Source: Octopus sinensis (Eukaryota). Taken from it: a stretch of DNA of 36,098 nucleotides. Under the pieces are notes generated by a model. That model was not told where the DNA came from and made no database searches. It saw nothing but the letters and a program-made list of their open reading frames with translations. Made by a program: the position numbers and the translations under genes. The stretch covers positions 1-36,098 of the forward strand of contig NW_021824853.1 of NCBI RefSeq assembly GCF_006345805.1, written 5' to 3'. Shown in pieces: positions 33,896-36,098 of this stretch (position 1 is the stretch's first letter; each line of letters begins with the position of its first letter).

Positions 33896-34416
33896 TCTAT
33901 GTACACACATCGACAAGTGTTAATTTCTGCGTGTGTGCGCGCATACTCTTTCTCTCCCTCCGTTATTCTTTCTTTCTATCCCCCTCCACCCTACTTCTTG
34001 CGTCTGTCTGTCTGTCTCCCTATATATACATCTATATATATATATATATACAAAAGCAAACATCAGTTTCCGCATCATTTCACCATCTCACAAATGTGCC
34101 TTCCCTGGCTCCTTGGATAATTGTCAGACGGAACTGGCAGAATCACTCCCTGCCTCTCTCACCCACCATCCAACTGTTACTCCTCTCGTCTCTCTCTCTC
34201 TCTCCTTCTTCTCCTACTCAAACCAATCTACCTGTTGGAGGAAGTGCATAACACATACGCGCGCGCGCAAGCTCATGCACGCACGCGCGCAGGGCCACAG
34301 CGCGCACGCATTCATGAATGCGTAGGCTTGTGTATATGGATATGGATATGTATGTGTGTGTGTATACATGTTTGTGTGCGTATATATGTGTGTGTGTATG
34401 TGTAATTATATGTGTG

Positions 34417-34465
<49 letters not shown>

Positions 34466-34676
34466 GTGTGTGTATATATATATGTGTGTGTATGTGTAAT
34501 TATGTGTCTATGTATCTATCTATGTGTGTGTATGTGTAATTATATATGTGTGTCTATCTATCTATGTGTGTGTATATATAGGTGTGTATATATATATGTG
34601 TGTGTGTGTGTGTACGCGTATAAACACACGTGTTCATGTGTACACACATGTATATATATATATATATATGTATATG

Positions 34677-34710
<34 letters not shown>

Positions 34711-35529
34711 AGCACTCACACATACACATACACACACAAACATATATATAATCTCTTTCTCTTTCTCTATATCTCTATACAAAATATGAATACAGCTTTA
34801 CATGCATTTATGACAAGTGTATATATATATTATAATATATATATATATATATATATAAATATTTATGTAAATATATACAAATAACGTACGTGTGTATGTG
34901 TAGGTGGCCATGTGTGTGTGTTTGTATATGTGTGTGCGTGAGAGTGGATCTCTCCCTCCCTCCCTTTCTCTCTGCATATATCTGTGCATGTGCTTGTGTG
35001 TGTGTGTGTGTATGCGCATGTGTATATATAATATATATGAAATATATGTATTTGCATATACTTACTCTCTCTCTCTCTCTCTCTCTTTTCTATATGTCTT
35101 TGTGTCTACACAGACACACCAATGCATATATATATATATATACCAAGGAGCCAGAGAAGGCACATTTGTGAGATGGTGAATATATATATATATATATATA
35201 TAAAGATGTGCATTCATGCGTGTAATGTATGTTGGTTGTTTAGTTCAGTGTACAGTCAGACAATAACCAGCTGCATATGAATATTGACACGCGTTAACAT
35301 TGTATACACACTCATGTCTTCTTGTGTGAGCCATTTCTCTCGCATTCGCCGTTCATATAGATTGATGGTTATGTCGTGCGGACATAATTTTATGCCCGCC
35401 AAACATGCAGAAACAACACACACACACAGATATAACATATATTCACACACACACACACACGTGTGTGTTTGTATACGTTTGTACTTATGTATAAATACAC
35501 CTGTATAAATATACATAGATGCATGCTTA

Positions 35530-35830
35530 CATGCATACACACTTGTATATGTATATACATACATAATACTTACATACATACACACATAATACATACATAC
35601 ATAATACTTACATACGCACATACATACATGCATACATACATATATACATGCATATATACATACATACATACTACTTACATACATACATACATACATACTT
35701 ACATACATACATACATACTTACATACGCACATAATACTTACACACATACATACATACATAATACTTACATACGCACATACATACATAATACTTACATACG
35801 CACATACATACATACTTACATACATGCATA
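35530..35830. repeat. Compound (TACA)n tract with recurring TAATACTTACATAC units
   Basis: Visible low-complexity array; explains the overlapping Y/V/C/M and H/T/Y/I ORFs. Confidence 0.9.
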
Positions 35831-36098
35831 CATGTGCGTGTGTATGTATATAATGCGGGCATAATTGCAATCGTCAATCGTACATACATATCTACATAAA
35901 TGCTTAATACATACGTACGTAAGTAAATACAAATACACTGACATGCACACACACACACACATGCGTGCGCACGCGCTCACTCACGCATACGCGCGCTCGC
36001 ACACACGCGCACGCACGCTTACGCGCGCACACAATAACGCCATCGCTCAGCCCAACTTATGAGTCATGACTGCGAAACGAAAAAGTGTCTTTTGATGT

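Noticed and set aside
21700-36098. Many Y/I/C/V/H/T-rich ORFs in the track
   Set aside because: Translations of (TA)n, (CA)n, (TACA)n and (TATC)n tracts.

Overview
Eukaryotic, repeat-dense, apparently intronic or intergenic DNA, most likely from an octopus. The taxon is inferred from remembered SINE families and the abundance of (TA)n/(CA)n; no database search was run. No intact protein-coding gene, rRNA, tRNA or CRISPR array is supported, and the long ORFs in the track are by-products of tandem repeats. The window holds four tRNA-headed SINE families (called A-D here), decayed RTE-, R4- and CR1-like LINE fragments, several hAT and Tc1/mariner MITEs, three non-autonomous Helitrons and several satellites. 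The most interesting signals are: (1) four minimal type-I hammerhead-ribozyme-like motifs (CUGANGA...GAAACGUH) within 1.8 kb at 31.9-33.65 kb, in short Penelope-type elements; (2) a trimeric SINE present twice, each copy flanked by its own target-site duplication (TSD); (3) a 37-bp satellite of about 47 copies that seems to have grown inside a decayed RTE LINE; (4) nested inverted SINE pairs that could form long dsRNA. Coordinates were read by eye and may be off by a few bases, more at decayed element ends.
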